Positions 1-10,022 of a stretch of DNA of 64,000 nt are shown one piece after another (position 1 is the stretch's first letter; every line of letters begins with the position of its first letter). The notes under the pieces were generated by a model. The model ran no database searches. It had not been told where the DNA came from and worked only from the letters and a program-made list of their open reading frames with translations. Origin of the DNA: Planctomycetota bacterium (GTDB lineage Bacteria; Planctomycetota; UBA8108; SXIK01); NCBI GenBank assembly GCA_965223265.1, contig OZ244999.1:6944001-7008000 (forward strand), written 5' to 3'. The position numbers and the translations under genes were made by a program.

Positions 1-1805
1 ACGTCGCCATCGTCGTTGGCATCACCTCTGAGGAAGGCGCCGGGCGGAGAGATCGTACTGACGAACACGCTCTGCGGAAAGCTGTCCTGCTGATCCTTCA
101 CGCCGACGACTTTGTACGTTAGGACTCCGTCGGTCGTGTCGACGTAACCCGTGGCGCCCGCCGGCAGAGTTGCGATCTGCGCGCCGTTGCGAAACACTTC
201 CACGGCATCATAGCTGCCACCATTGGTCCAGCTCAGCGCGACCTCGCTACCCGATCCGACACCGCCGCCGCCACCATCAGCTCCACTCGGCGAGACCTCG
301 GCGCTCAATTCCTCCACAGCCGCGACTCCAGCTGTGCCGAATCGAATCTGCCCGTTGATGAGCTCGGTTGGGTTCACTGAATTTGATGGCCGCACCGAAA
401 AGACCGAGGAGATCTGCGGCAATTCGACCACGTCGCCGTCGGCAAAGGTTCCGGGTTCGACGTCAAACACCCAGTTGAAGACATGCTGGCGCAAGCCCGG
501 CGGCAGATCTTTTTCTTCTTCGGGCGGCGGTACCGCATCAAAGACGACGCCGGCGGCAGGTCCTGCGTGCGGCCCTGGCCCCACCCGCACAAACTCAGGC
601 TCAAAATCGCTCACGGTCCCCCGAAGCGACGGTTCGATCTCGCGTACCAGCCGTAGCGGCGACTCGACCGAACCCAAGTCGAGACCGAGCTGCAGACCGC
701 GCAGCGGGATCGGATGGGTTGCGAACACAGGCACGGACACGCGCGTCGCGGTCACCGGAACCTGCACGTCCGCCACTTCGAAGATCCAGGTGCCGTTGGC
801 GATACAGCTCGTCTCCGGACTGCGAAAACTGCTCAGCTCCGTAATGATCGTGTAGACGGTGACTGCGTCGGACGGCGAAGGGTCAGTGAAGCTCGTGGCG
901 TCGCCCTCAAGCAGCGCGATCTCGGCGCCGTCACGGAAGACGAAGATACGGTCGAACGATACGGGATTTTCCCACGACAGAGATCCGTCGTCTCCGCACG
1001 ACAGATTCGACACCGTCGGTGCAGTCGGAGAGTTCACGACGACGTCGCATCCCACGGCAATGGAGACGCGGTCGCCAGCCACCGCAACCAGCTCGTACCT
1101 TTGCAGCCCAAGCGTCTCGATCTCCGTCTCGAAGCTCGTGGCGTCGCCAGGGAGTGTGTCCAACACGTCGCCGTCACGGCGCACTTCGATGCCATCATAG
1201 AACTCGGTCGGCGTGAACGTCAGACGCACCGTGTTCAGAAACTGCTCGCAGACGACGTCCCCGACGGGTCGTGGTCCAGCTGGCTCCTCGATCGTAACGC
1301 TGCCGCTGCGCAGATCGTTGAACTCAAACGTCTCGAAGATCGTGCTGCCGTAGCTCGCCGTTCCCGCTGTCGATTCGATGCTCGGGACGGCCGTCAGCGC
1401 AGTCTCTCCGACCGGCGCGTCAGCGCGGATGCGAAAGACCAAGTGGCCGAACGGTACGTCAGCTCCTGGGTCGACGGAGATCGCTCGTGTTGACTCCCGG
1501 ATCGTGTTGTCGAACCCGAACACACCTTCGGTCGGAAGGAACGTGCGAAAAAGCGTCGTTTGGGGATCTCCGGCATCGGCAGCCGAGCCGCTGATATCGT
1601 ATCGGAGAAACTCGAGAGCGTCGGGCGCGAAGAGAAAAATCCCGAAGAAACTCCACATCGATTGATCGAACGTCAAGCTGACTGGGACCTCAACGATCTC
1701 GCCGGGTTGTCCGGAGACGGTACCGAGCTCAAGGATTCGCTCCTGAGCTCGAGCTGGGGAAAAACCAAACGCCACCACGAAGAGAGCCAGTAAAACACTG
1801 CGCAT
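1..1805 (-). CDS. Secreted cohesin-like x2 / FN3-like / dockerin protein, paralogue 3 (3' end runs off window)
   Basis: Not in the ORF track because its stop lies outside the window. My translation from ATG 1805 (GGAGG upstream) is MRSVLLALFVVAFGFSPARAQERILELGTVSGQPGEIVEVPV..., colinear with the paralogues at 1923 and 4038, and reaches FLRGDANDDGD at the window edge. Confidence 0.85.
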   Translation of the reverse strand, partial: MRSVLLALFVVAFGFSPARAQERILELGTVSGQPGEIVEVPVSLTFDQSMWSFFGIFLFAPDALEFLRYDISGSAADAGDPQTTLFRTFLPTEGVFGFDNTIRESTRAISVDPGADVPFGHLVFRIRADAPVGETALTAVPSIESTAGTASYGSTIFETFEFNDLRSGSVTIEEPAGPRPVGDVVCEQFLNTVRLTFTPTEFYDGIEVRRDGDVLDTLPGDATSFETEIETLGLQRYELVAVAGDRVSIAVGCDVVVNSPTAPTVSNLSCGDDGSLSWENPVSFDRIFVFRDGAEIALLEGDATSFTDPSPSDAVTVYTIITELSSFRSPETSCIANGTWIFEVADVQVPVTATRVSVPVFATHPIPLRGLQLGLDLGSVESPLRLVREIEPSLRGTVSDFEPEFVRVGPGPHAGPAAGVVFDAVPPPEEEKDLPPGLRQHVFNWVFDVEPGTFADGDVVELPQISSVFSVRPSNSVNPTELINGQIRFGTAGVAAVEELSAEVSPSGADGGGGGVGSGSEVALSWTNGGSYDAVEVFRNGAQIATLPAGATGYVDTTDGVLTYKVVGVKDQQDSFPQSVFVSTISPPGAFLRGDANDDGD

Positions 1806-1879
1806 CGGAAAGCCCTCCAGACTATTCAGGTTGTTCGGATGGTTGCCGCCGGACCACCGCGTTCACGTCCGCCAGGCAT

Positions 1880-1915
1880 CATAACAGATGAGCACCGCAT
1901 AACAGATGAGCACCG
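1880..1915. repeat. 18-bp tandem duplication (CATAACAGATGAGCACCG x2)
   Basis: Two exact adjacent copies between paralogues 2 and 3. Confidence 0.9.
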
Positions 1916-1922
1916 CGGCCAC

Positions 1923-3977
1923 TCACGAGCCCTCACAGCCCAGTGCGTCCGGTGTTGGATCGAACCACGGGAACGCAACGCCTGGACTGCGCGGCGCCGG
2001 GCCGCGCACAAACAGAAAATTGAGCGTCGACAGCGCGTCGGAAAGATCGATCGTGCCGTCGTCGTTCGAGTCGGCCGCATCTTCGCACGGAATCGGTTGA
2101 TTGCCCACGAAGAGGAACGTCAGTGTCGCGATCGCGTCGGAAAGATCCACGTCACTGTCGTCGTTGGCGTCGCCCCGCAGAAACGACCCGGGCGGTGAAA
2201 TCGTGCTGACGAAAACGCTCTGCGGAAAACTACTCTCTGCTTCCTCCACGCCGATGACCTTGTACGTCAATACGCCGTTGGCATTGTCGACGTATTCGGT
2301 GGCGCCGCTCGGCAGCGTCGCGATCTGGGTGCCGTTGCGGAAGACCTCCACGGAATCGTAGCTCCCGCCGTTACTCCAGCTCAGCGCCACGCTACTGTTC
2401 GCATCAACGCCACCGCCGCCGTCGCCGTCGCCACCGCCGCCTGGTGAAACCTCGGCGCGCAGATCCTCTACCGCTGCGACTCCACTCGAACCGAAACGAA
2501 TCTCGCCGTCGATGAGCTCGTCCGGCTGCGCCGAAGTCGCTGGTCGAACCGTGAACACGGAGGCGACGACAGGCAAAGCAACGACGTCACCGTCGGCGAA
2601 GGTCCCGGGCTCAATATCAAAGACCCAGTTGAAGACGTGCTGGCGCAACCCCGGTGGCAAATCTTTCTCTTCCTCAGCGGGTGGGAGGGCATCGAATAGA
2701 ACGGCGACCGCGCCTCCCCTGTGAGGTCCGGGGCCGATCCGCACTACCTCGGGCTCGAAATCGCTCACCGTGCCTTGAAGCGATGGTTCGATCTCAGTCA
2801 CAAGCCGCAGTGGCGACTCAGTCGAGCCCAAATCAAGGCCAAGCTGAATCCCTTGAACAGCAATCGGGTGCGTAGCGAACACCGGGACGGATACGCGCGT
2901 CGTCGTGACTGGCACCTGCACGTCCGCCACTTCAAAGATCCAAGTGCCGTTGGCGACGCAGCTCGTCTCCGGACTACGAAAACTGCTCAGCTCGGTAATG
3001 ACGGTGTAGACGGTGACTGCGTCGGATGGCGAAGGATCGGTGAAGCTCGCGGCGTCGCCCTCAAGCATCGCGATCTGAGCGCCATCGCGAAAAACAAAGA
3101 TGCCGTCGAACGTGACCGGGTTTCGCCACGTCAGAGATCCGTCGTCCTCGCACGACAAGCCCGCTACCGTCGGTGCGGTCGGAGAATTTACAACCACGTC
3201 GCACCCCACGGCGATTGAGACCCGGTCACCAGCCACCGCCACGAGCTCGTATCTTTGGCGTCCGAGCGTCTCCACCTGCGTCTCGAAACTCTCCGTATCG
3301 CCGGAGAGGGTGGCTAGAAGATCACCATCGCGACGCACCTCGATGCCGTCGTACACTTCCGTAGGTGTGAACGACAGACGCACGCGATCTAAGAACTGGT
3401 CGCACTCCAGATCGCCCACTGGCCGCGGCCCCGCCGGCGCTTCCACGGCGATACTACCGCTCCGCAGGTCGGTGAATTCAAACGTGACGTCGAAGGTCTC
3501 AAAGGCCGAGTTGCCGCCGGCCGACTCCACTCGGGGGACGAGCGATAGAGCCGTCTCTCCGACGGGTGCGTCAGCGCGGATGCGAAATAGCAGACGACCG
3601 ATCGGCAGCTCCGACCCTGGCGGGAGGCTAAAGCCCCGTACCGACTCACGATCCGAGTAACGCACGCCGAAGAGTGCGTCGCCGCCTCCAAGTGAGTTGT
3701 GTAGGGCCACCAGAGGATCTCCGGCGTCGGCGGCCGAGCCGCTGACGTCGTATCCCAGAAACTCGAGATGCTCCAGCGAGTGGATGAAGAATCCTTGAAG
3801 GCCGATCGCCGGATGATCAACCGTCGTAGAGACCGGGATCTCGACGATCTCGCCCGGCTGACCGGAGGCCGTGCCGAGCGCCAACATGCGCTCTTGAGCG
3901 TCGGCTGGCAGCGCTCCGACAAAACACAAAGAAAACGCCGCCACGAAGGCGGAGCGGGCTGCGATCAATCGCTGCAT
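1923..3977 (-). CDS. Secreted cohesin-like x2 / FN3-like / dockerin protein, paralogue 2
   Basis: Start moved to ATG 3977 (AAGAGGAGG RBS). Signal peptide ending ADA-Q. Cohesin-like GQPGEIVEIPV and VADVQVPVTTTRVSVPV domains; FN3-like W..N..YD.VEVFRNG..IATL units; C-terminal dockerin FLRGDANDDSDVDLSDAI...CEDAADSNDDGTIDLSD. Confidence 0.85.
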   Translation of the reverse strand: MQRLIAARSAFVAAFSLCFVGALPADAQERMLALGTASGQPGEIVEIPVSTTVDHPAIGLQGFFIHSLEHLEFLGYDVSGSAADAGDPLVALHNSLGGGDALFGVRYSDRESVRGFSLPPGSELPIGRLLFRIRADAPVGETALSLVPRVESAGGNSAFETFDVTFEFTDLRSGSIAVEAPAGPRPVGDLECDQFLDRVRLSFTPTEVYDGIEVRRDGDLLATLSGDTESFETQVETLGRQRYELVAVAGDRVSIAVGCDVVVNSPTAPTVAGLSCEDDGSLTWRNPVTFDGIFVFRDGAQIAMLEGDAASFTDPSPSDAVTVYTVITELSSFRSPETSCVANGTWIFEVADVQVPVTTTRVSVPVFATHPIAVQGIQLGLDLGSTESPLRLVTEIEPSLQGTVSDFEPEVVRIGPGPHRGGAVAVLFDALPPAEEEKDLPPGLRQHVFNWVFDIEPGTFADGDVVALPVVASVFTVRPATSAQPDELIDGEIRFGSSGVAAVEDLRAEVSPGGGGDGDGGGGVDANSSVALSWSNGGSYDSVEVFRNGTQIATLPSGATEYVDNANGVLTYKVIGVEEAESSFPQSVFVSTISPPGSFLRGDANDDSDVDLSDAIATLTFLFVGNQPIPCEDAADSNDDGTIDLSDALSTLNFLFVRGPAPRSPGVAFPWFDPTPDALGCEGS

Positions 3978-4037
3978 CGCGGAAGCCTCCTCTTGAACGG
4001 TGGCCACGGCAAAAACTGCCCGCAAGAAATGGGGCGA

Positions 4038-6068
4038 CTATCCATCACATCGCAGGTTGTCCGGCGTCGGATCGAACCACGGGAACTCGATTCCGGGACT
4101 CCGAATCGCCGGTCCGCTGGCGAACAGAAAGTTCAGCGCGTAGATCGGATCGGCGATATCGACCTTGCCGTCGTCGTTGGCGTCGGCGGCGTCGGCGCAC
4201 TCCAAGACCTGTCCGCTGACGAACAGAAACATCAACGTGGCGACGGCATCGGAAAGATCGACGTTACGGTCGCGGTTGGTGTCGCCGCGCAAGAAAGCAC
4301 CCGGCGGTGTAATGGTGCTGACGAAAACGCTGCGCGGGAAGCTCGTCTCTGCGTTGCGCATGCCAACGACCTTGTATGTGAACGCGCCCTGCGCCGTGTC
4401 GACGAACTCCGTTGCGTCCTTGGCGAGCCTAGCCACCATTTCACCGTTGCGCAAAACTTCGAGAGAGTCATAGTCGCCACCATTGGTCCAGCTCAGGCGC
4501 ACCCCGTCCGGCTCCGCCAGACCACCGCCACCGCCGTCCGCCCCTGCAGCCGCGGGAATCAGCTCGGCGTTCAGATTCTCCACCGCCGCGACCGCTCCAG
4601 CGCCAAAACGTATCTGACCGTTGATCAAGGAGTCCGGCGGCACGGTTGTCGGTGGTCGCACTGTGAAGATTGACGAAATGAGGGGTAGATCGACCACATC
4701 GCCGTCTCGAAACGTCCCCGGCTCGATATCGAAAACCCAATTGAAGACGTGCTGCCTGAGCCCGGGCGGCAGATCTTTCTCAGGCTCACTCGGTGGCAGA
4801 AAATCGAAGAGGACTCCGACGGCAGGGCCGTCGTGAGGGCCAGGTCCGACGCGCACGAACTCCGGATCGAAGTTGCTAACCGTGCCGAGCAGAGACAGCT
4901 CGACTTCACGCACAAGCTTGAGCGGTGAGTCTACCGAACCGAGGTCCAGACCGAGCTGAAAACCGTGCAACGGCAGTGGATGCGTCGCATAGACCGGCAC
5001 CGAAACCCGTGTAGACGCAGGCGAGGCGAGAACATCTCCGACCTCGATGATCCACGTACCGTTGGCGATGCAGCTCGTCTCCGGACTACGAAAACCGCTC
5101 AGCTCGGTGATCAGGGTGTACACCGTCACCGCATCGCTCGCAGCAGGATCTGCGAAGTTTGTTGCCGTACCGTCGAGAACTGCAATTTCACGACCATCTT
5201 TGAAAACAAAGATGCGATCGAACGCGACGGGATTCTGCCATGACAAACTGCCCTCGTCGCTGCACGCCAGACCGACAACGACGGGCGCCGTCGGCGAGGT
5301 CGCGACGACATCGCAACCAACCGTCATCGAGTGCCCGTCACCGCGCAGAGCGATCAACTCGAAACGCTGCAGGCCGACACCGTCAAGCGGCGCATCGAAG
5401 CTCGTGGCGTCGCCGGCGAGCATGGACAGTACGTCGCCATCGCGGCGGACTTCGATGCCGTCATACGTCTCCGTCGGTGTGAACGTCAGTCGAATCGTAT
5501 CTAAGAACTGCTCGCACACTAGGTCCCCGACTGGACGCGGGCCTTGCGGCTCGAGCACGGTGACTGAGCCGCTTTGGAGCTCGAACTCAAACGACTCGAA
5601 GCCTGGTGTTCCGAAACTCGATGTCCCTGCGGTCGAGTCGATCTTGTTGACAAGTGTCAGGGCGCTCTCCCCTATCGCTGCAGCCGCGCGAACGCGGAAC
5701 TTCAAATGCCCAAGGGATCGGCGAGTCCCCGCTGGCACGGAGAACGTGCGCGTTGACTCGCGCACCGAGTAGTCGAAACCGAATACGCCCTCGGTGGGTA
5801 AAAAGGTGCGATAGAGGACCCCGGACAGATCTCCAGCGTCGGCTTCCGAACCGCGAACGTCAAAGCCGAGAAACTCGAGCTGTGCTGGGTCGAATAGGAA
5901 GACTCCAAAGACCGCAAGCGCTGGATGGTCAATGGTCGCGAAGACTGGAACTTCAACCAGTTCCCCGGGTTGGCCAGAAACGTTCCCGAACTCGAGAAGT
6001 CTCTCCTGGGCGGAACCAGATGAGGAAAAAGACACCATCACCAAGCACGCAGTGAGATAGCGGCGCAT
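4038..6068 (-). CDS. Secreted cohesin-like x2 / FN3-like / dockerin protein, paralogue 1
   Basis: Start moved to ATG 6068 (AAAGGGGG upstream). Signal peptide; same architecture; dockerin FLRGDTNRDRNVDLSDAV...CADAADANDDGKVDIADP. Confidence 0.85.
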   Translation of the reverse strand: MRRYLTACLVMVSFSSSGSAQERLLEFGNVSGQPGELVEVPVFATIDHPALAVFGVFLFDPAQLEFLGFDVRGSEADAGDLSGVLYRTFLPTEGVFGFDYSVRESTRTFSVPAGTRRSLGHLKFRVRAAAAIGESALTLVNKIDSTAGTSSFGTPGFESFEFELQSGSVTVLEPQGPRPVGDLVCEQFLDTIRLTFTPTETYDGIEVRRDGDVLSMLAGDATSFDAPLDGVGLQRFELIALRGDGHSMTVGCDVVATSPTAPVVVGLACSDEGSLSWQNPVAFDRIFVFKDGREIAVLDGTATNFADPAASDAVTVYTLITELSGFRSPETSCIANGTWIIEVGDVLASPASTRVSVPVYATHPLPLHGFQLGLDLGSVDSPLKLVREVELSLLGTVSNFDPEFVRVGPGPHDGPAVGVLFDFLPPSEPEKDLPPGLRQHVFNWVFDIEPGTFRDGDVVDLPLISSIFTVRPPTTVPPDSLINGQIRFGAGAVAAVENLNAELIPAAAGADGGGGGLAEPDGVRLSWTNGGDYDSLEVLRNGEMVARLAKDATEFVDTAQGAFTYKVVGMRNAETSFPRSVFVSTITPPGAFLRGDTNRDRNVDLSDAVATLMFLFVSGQVLECADAADANDDGKVDIADPIYALNFLFASGPAIRSPGIEFPWFDPTPDNLRCDG

Positions 6069-6577
6069 GCACGCCCCCCTTTCTTGTCCCTGATCTTGTC
6101 CCTGATTTCCCTGCGAGCGCCTCAATGCGGAGCCGGAGCGAATCCGATAAGACGATTCTCAGTCTATTACAGCGCCCGGGCAAGGAGTTTTGTTCGTGTC
6201 ATCGCCGGCTTCACTCCATGCCGAAGTGTTCGAAGGAAAGAGCATCTGAGGGCTCGTCCCGCCCGTTGGTCGGGACCGGATCTTGAAACTATGTCGCACC
6301 CATGGGCAGCACCCCGCCACCGCGGTCGTCGCTTCAGTGGCCCCGCGGCCGCCCGGCCCCCAAAATCGAGGACGAATTCCACGGGATCTTCCTGGCGGTC
6401 GGCGTTGCGGGGCGCCGATGCGAGGCACATATCCGCGAAGCACCCTGCGCTCCGGCGAGGAGGCCACCGGCCTGGGCACGCGAGTTGCGGCGTCGAAAGT
6501 GAGGACCGGATTTCCTGGACCTCTCGGCGCAGGGGCGGCGGGAACGAGAACGGCTAGGTGAAGCTTCGGGATACCGC

Positions 6578-8176
6578 ATGAGCGAACAGACCGACACAAC
6601 GCGAGCAGACCCAGGTGCCAAGAAGTCCAGCGCGACTTCAAACATCCGACTCCTGTTGCGCGGCGTTCTTTCCAACTGGTGCTTCACGGCGCTGTCGGTG
6701 CTATACGCCCTTTTCATCACGCCGATCGTTGTGCGGACGCTGGAGAACGAGCTCTACGGAATTTGGAGCTTCCTGAACGGGCTGACCGCCTACTCCAATC
6801 TTCTCTATCTCGGCCTCGGCTCCGCGATCGTCAAATACGTGGCACGCTATCGCGCCGAGGACCGTCCTGAAGCCATCGGCCGGCTCGTCTCGGTCGTGCT
6901 CACGATCTACACTGTGCTTGGAGTGATCAGTCTCGCAGCATCTCTCCTTCTCGTACCGTTTCTCGGCGACCTGTTGACGATTTCGCAGGGAGAAACTCTC
7001 CGCGTGGCGGGACTCTCTTGCGCACTTCTGGGTGTCCAGCTCCTGCTCACGTTTCTCACGAGTGTCTTCGTCGGTACCCTTCAAGGACACGATCGATTCG
7101 ACCTGGCGCAGGGTGCCCAGATTCTTCTCCTCGTGGCTCGCTTTGTCCTTGTCTACTTCTTCGTCGGTTACGGCAACCCGCTCGTGACGCTGGCGCTGAT
7201 CACCGTCGTGACGACTGCCGCGGGGACCGTTCTCCTCTGGGCCGTCGCCGCGCACAAACGACCGTGGATCAAGCCGCGTCTGACGATTCCGACGCGAAGC
7301 GAGCTCTCGGAGCTCTACTCGTTCTCGCTGCAGGCGTTCCTATTGACGCTGGCGTTTCAGATGATCAATCACACCGATACAACTGTGATCGGCATCCTCT
7401 TCGGCGCCGCGAGTGTGACGCTGTACGCTCTGCCACAGCAATTGATCGCCTATGCGCGCGTCGCCGTCGGTGGCTTCACATCGGTGTTCCTTCCAAGCCT
7501 TACCGTCCGCCATCAAAACAACGACGTTGCCGGCCTCCGCACCGCCTATCTGGCGACGGGTCGACTCGCCTGCCTCATCTCCGCGTTCTTGATCGGAAAT
7601 CTCGTGCTGCTCGGAGCGCCGTTCCTTCGCCTCTGGGTCGGTGAAGAGTTCGGCGGCTCGGAGGCTCGATGGATCGTGCTTCTACTTGGAACCGCAGCAG
7701 TCCTGCAAGTGGTGACGATCCAGGTACCGTTCGCGTTCTACCAGGCTATGGGGCGCATGCGAGTCCCATCGCTTGTTCTCTTCGGCGAAGCGTTCATCAA
7801 CATCGCTCTCAGCGTCGTGTTGGGCCGCGCCTACGGCTTGATCGGAGTCGCGGTGGCAACAGTTGTCCCCGCACTCCTGCTCAGCGTAGTCGCACTGCCG
7901 GCCTATCTGTGCCGGCTGCTTGAGCTACCAATGATGACCGCGTTTCGCCGGATCGCCGTGCCGGCGTTGGTGCTGGCCTTCGCACTCGCGCTGCTTCACA
8001 CATTCGTCACACCGGCGCTCGGATCGACGAGCTTCTTCCGGCTTGGCCTCCGTTTCCTCTGCAGCGTACCGGTCAGCGCATGCGTCCTGATCGTTCTCCT
8101 GACGCCTGAGGAAAAGACCCGCCTCCTGACGTTTCTTACACGTCGACGAAGAGAGCGCGTGCGCCAACCTGCATGA
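6578..8176 (+). CDS. Oligosaccharide flippase (Wzx/MOP superfamily)
   Basis: 532 aa with many hydrophobic helices; family-typical motifs ITPIVVRTL..ELYGIW, LGLGSAIVKYVA, INHTDTTVIG, YALPQQL. Confidence 0.8.
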   Translation: MSEQTDTTRADPGAKKSSATSNIRLLLRGVLSNWCFTALSVLYALFITPIVVRTLENELYGIWSFLNGLTAYSNLLYLGLGSAIVKYVARYRAEDRPEAIGRLVSVVLTIYTVLGVISLAASLLLVPFLGDLLTISQGETLRVAGLSCALLGVQLLLTFLTSVFVGTLQGHDRFDLAQGAQILLLVARFVLVYFFVGYGNPLVTLALITVVTTAAGTVLLWAVAAHKRPWIKPRLTIPTRSELSELYSFSLQAFLLTLAFQMINHTDTTVIGILFGAASVTLYALPQQLIAYARVAVGGFTSVFLPSLTVRHQNNDVAGLRTAYLATGRLACLISAFLIGNLVLLGAPFLRLWVGEEFGGSEARWIVLLLGTAAVLQVVTIQVPFAFYQAMGRMRVPSLVLFGEAFINIALSVVLGRAYGLIGVAVATVVPALLLSVVALPAYLCRLLELPMMTAFRRIAVPALVLAFALALLHTFVTPALGSTSFFRLGLRFLCSVPVSACVLIVLLTPEEKTRLLTFLTRRRRERVRQPA

Positions 8177-8228
8177 TCGGCTCGCGACGAGGGTGAACGG
8201 CGAAACTTCGGTCAACGCAGCGAGCAGG

Positions 8229-9440
8229 CTAGTAATCCGCGACCGATCCGTCCGGTAGGCGCTCGCGCCGCCAATCGAACTGCATCGGCGGATTCTTAGC
8301 GACGCGCATCAGCTCCTTCTCGTCCACCTCGACGCCGAGACCTGGGCCTTCCGGCAACGACGCGTAGCCGTCCTTCTTCGACCATGTGCGCCGCGCGATG
8401 CGGCCGAGCACGTCGTTATCGTAGGTCTCATGAATCAGGAAGAACGGGATCGACGCGGCGACATGAAAGCTTGCGGTTGTGCCAAGGTAGGACTGCGTGC
8501 AGTGAGGAGCCAACGGAATGAAGTAAGTTTCAGCGAGCGTCGCGATCTTCTTCATTTGACTCATTCCGCCCGTGTAGCCGCTGTCGGGCTGAAGCACGTC
8601 GACAGCTTGTTCCGTCAAATACGGCATCACTTCCCAGATCGTCCTGACACGCTCCCCGGTCGCAAGAGGCACGCGAATCTCATCGCGCAGTTTTTTGAAG
8701 ACATGCACGTTGCCCGGGACTGAAGGCTCTTCGATGAAGAGAAGGTCGTACGCTTCGATCGACGCCGCAAACTGCTGCACGAGCGCTACCGGGAGCGCGC
8801 TGTGGGCGTCGAACATCACCGTCCCGTCGCGTCCCACGCTCTCGCGGGCGCGTCGCACCTGCTCGACGAGACTGTCGATGTCCACCGGATCGCCAACATG
8901 GCGCTTCTGACCGGTCCCCAGCTTGACGGCCTTCGCGCTCGGGTAAATCCGGAGCTTGTCCCGCGTCGGCCCGCCCAGAAGACGGTAGACCGGGACCTTC
9001 CAAAGCTTGCCTGCGATGTCCCACAGCGCCATATCGATTCCAGATATGCAGTGGAGCATGAACGGACCACCGCGATGGTTTCGATGGGCCCGATAGAGCA
9101 CCTGCCACAGATGCTCAATGCGCGTCGGGTTCTCACCGACAAGCAGCTTCGCCATCTCGTGAAGAAGCGCCTTCGCGACTTTCGGCCAGACCCCTTTCAC
9201 CTCTCCCCAACCGAAGACGCCGTGATTGGTCTCCACCTTGAGGTAAACGCGGTCGCCACAGACTGTCGGGATCAAACGCTGGATCCGTATGGATGCACCA
9301 GTGTCCGTAACGTCCGCCACCGCCTCTTCGGCCGCGGAGAGGCCGCGTTCGAAGAGCGCAAGTCCGGCGGCTGCTCCGAGCGAACCGATAACCTCACGAC
9401 GGCTTAAACCCCGGGTGGTAAGCGGATCAGTCGACATCAT
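8229..9440 (-). CDS. Mandelate racemase/galactonate dehydratase-like enolase-superfamily enzyme with Tat signal
   Basis: FGWGE, SGIDMALWDIAGK, PVYRLLGG, MFDAH, FIEEP, ATGER and LAPHC motifs; N-terminal SRREVIGSLGAAAG. Confidence 0.85.
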   Translation of the reverse strand: MMSTDPLTTRGLSRREVIGSLGAAAGLALFERGLSAAEEAVADVTDTGASIRIQRLIPTVCGDRVYLKVETNHGVFGWGEVKGVWPKVAKALLHEMAKLLVGENPTRIEHLWQVLYRAHRNHRGGPFMLHCISGIDMALWDIAGKLWKVPVYRLLGGPTRDKLRIYPSAKAVKLGTGQKRHVGDPVDIDSLVEQVRRARESVGRDGTVMFDAHSALPVALVQQFAASIEAYDLLFIEEPSVPGNVHVFKKLRDEIRVPLATGERVRTIWEVMPYLTEQAVDVLQPDSGYTGGMSQMKKIATLAETYFIPLAPHCTQSYLGTTASFHVAASIPFFLIHETYDNDVLGRIARRTWSKKDGYASLPEGPGLGVEVDEKELMRVAKNPPMQFDWRRERLPDGSVADY

Positions 9441-9641
9441 GCCACTCCTGTTGTCGTCTCATTGGTGTTGCCGGGATGGCCGGCAGGCAGTCACGCCACT
9501 TCGGGCGTATGGCTCCACATTAACCTGAAACGTCGCACGGGCCTACACCGCAGGCAGCGATTCGAAACCGCATGGAACTCTTGCTCCGTCCTGCCGCTCT
9601 CTTTTTCCTACTGTCCTCTCGAGATCGCTCGGCGCCCGCTT

Positions 9642-9803
9642 TAACAGCCCGTTCAGGTCGTCATTCGACCGAGAAACTGACGCCTTCACTCCCACCTCGA
9701 CCGCACTGACACTCGCCGTAACATCTCATCTGAGATTACCTGCGTGTGCAACGGCCGACCGCGCCAGTTTTCGGCTCGAAGCACTTTTTCAGGCAGGCTG
9801 TTA
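9642..9803 (-). mobile_element. MITE-like element, copy A (inverted, degenerate)
   Basis: Reverse complement of the elements at 44647 and 59334; ends TAACAGCCCGTT...TTTTTCAGGCAGGCTGTTA. Confidence 0.75.
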
Positions 9804-10022
9804 ACTCGAGGTTAAGCGGGCGCCCCACCTCGCCGTAGACCGAACGAACGAGGGCGAAGCTCGATAACGGCCCGCCAGTCGAAAAAGCTAAAGTCCTCCC
9901 GTCCGCCGACCAATATCTAAACATAGCTGCCAGGAGAGTTCGACTGCGTCGAGCCGCTGCAAGTGGGCTGGAGCAGCGTTTGGAAAAGACCCGTAAGGAA
10001 AACGCAGAGGAGCGATTTCGAG

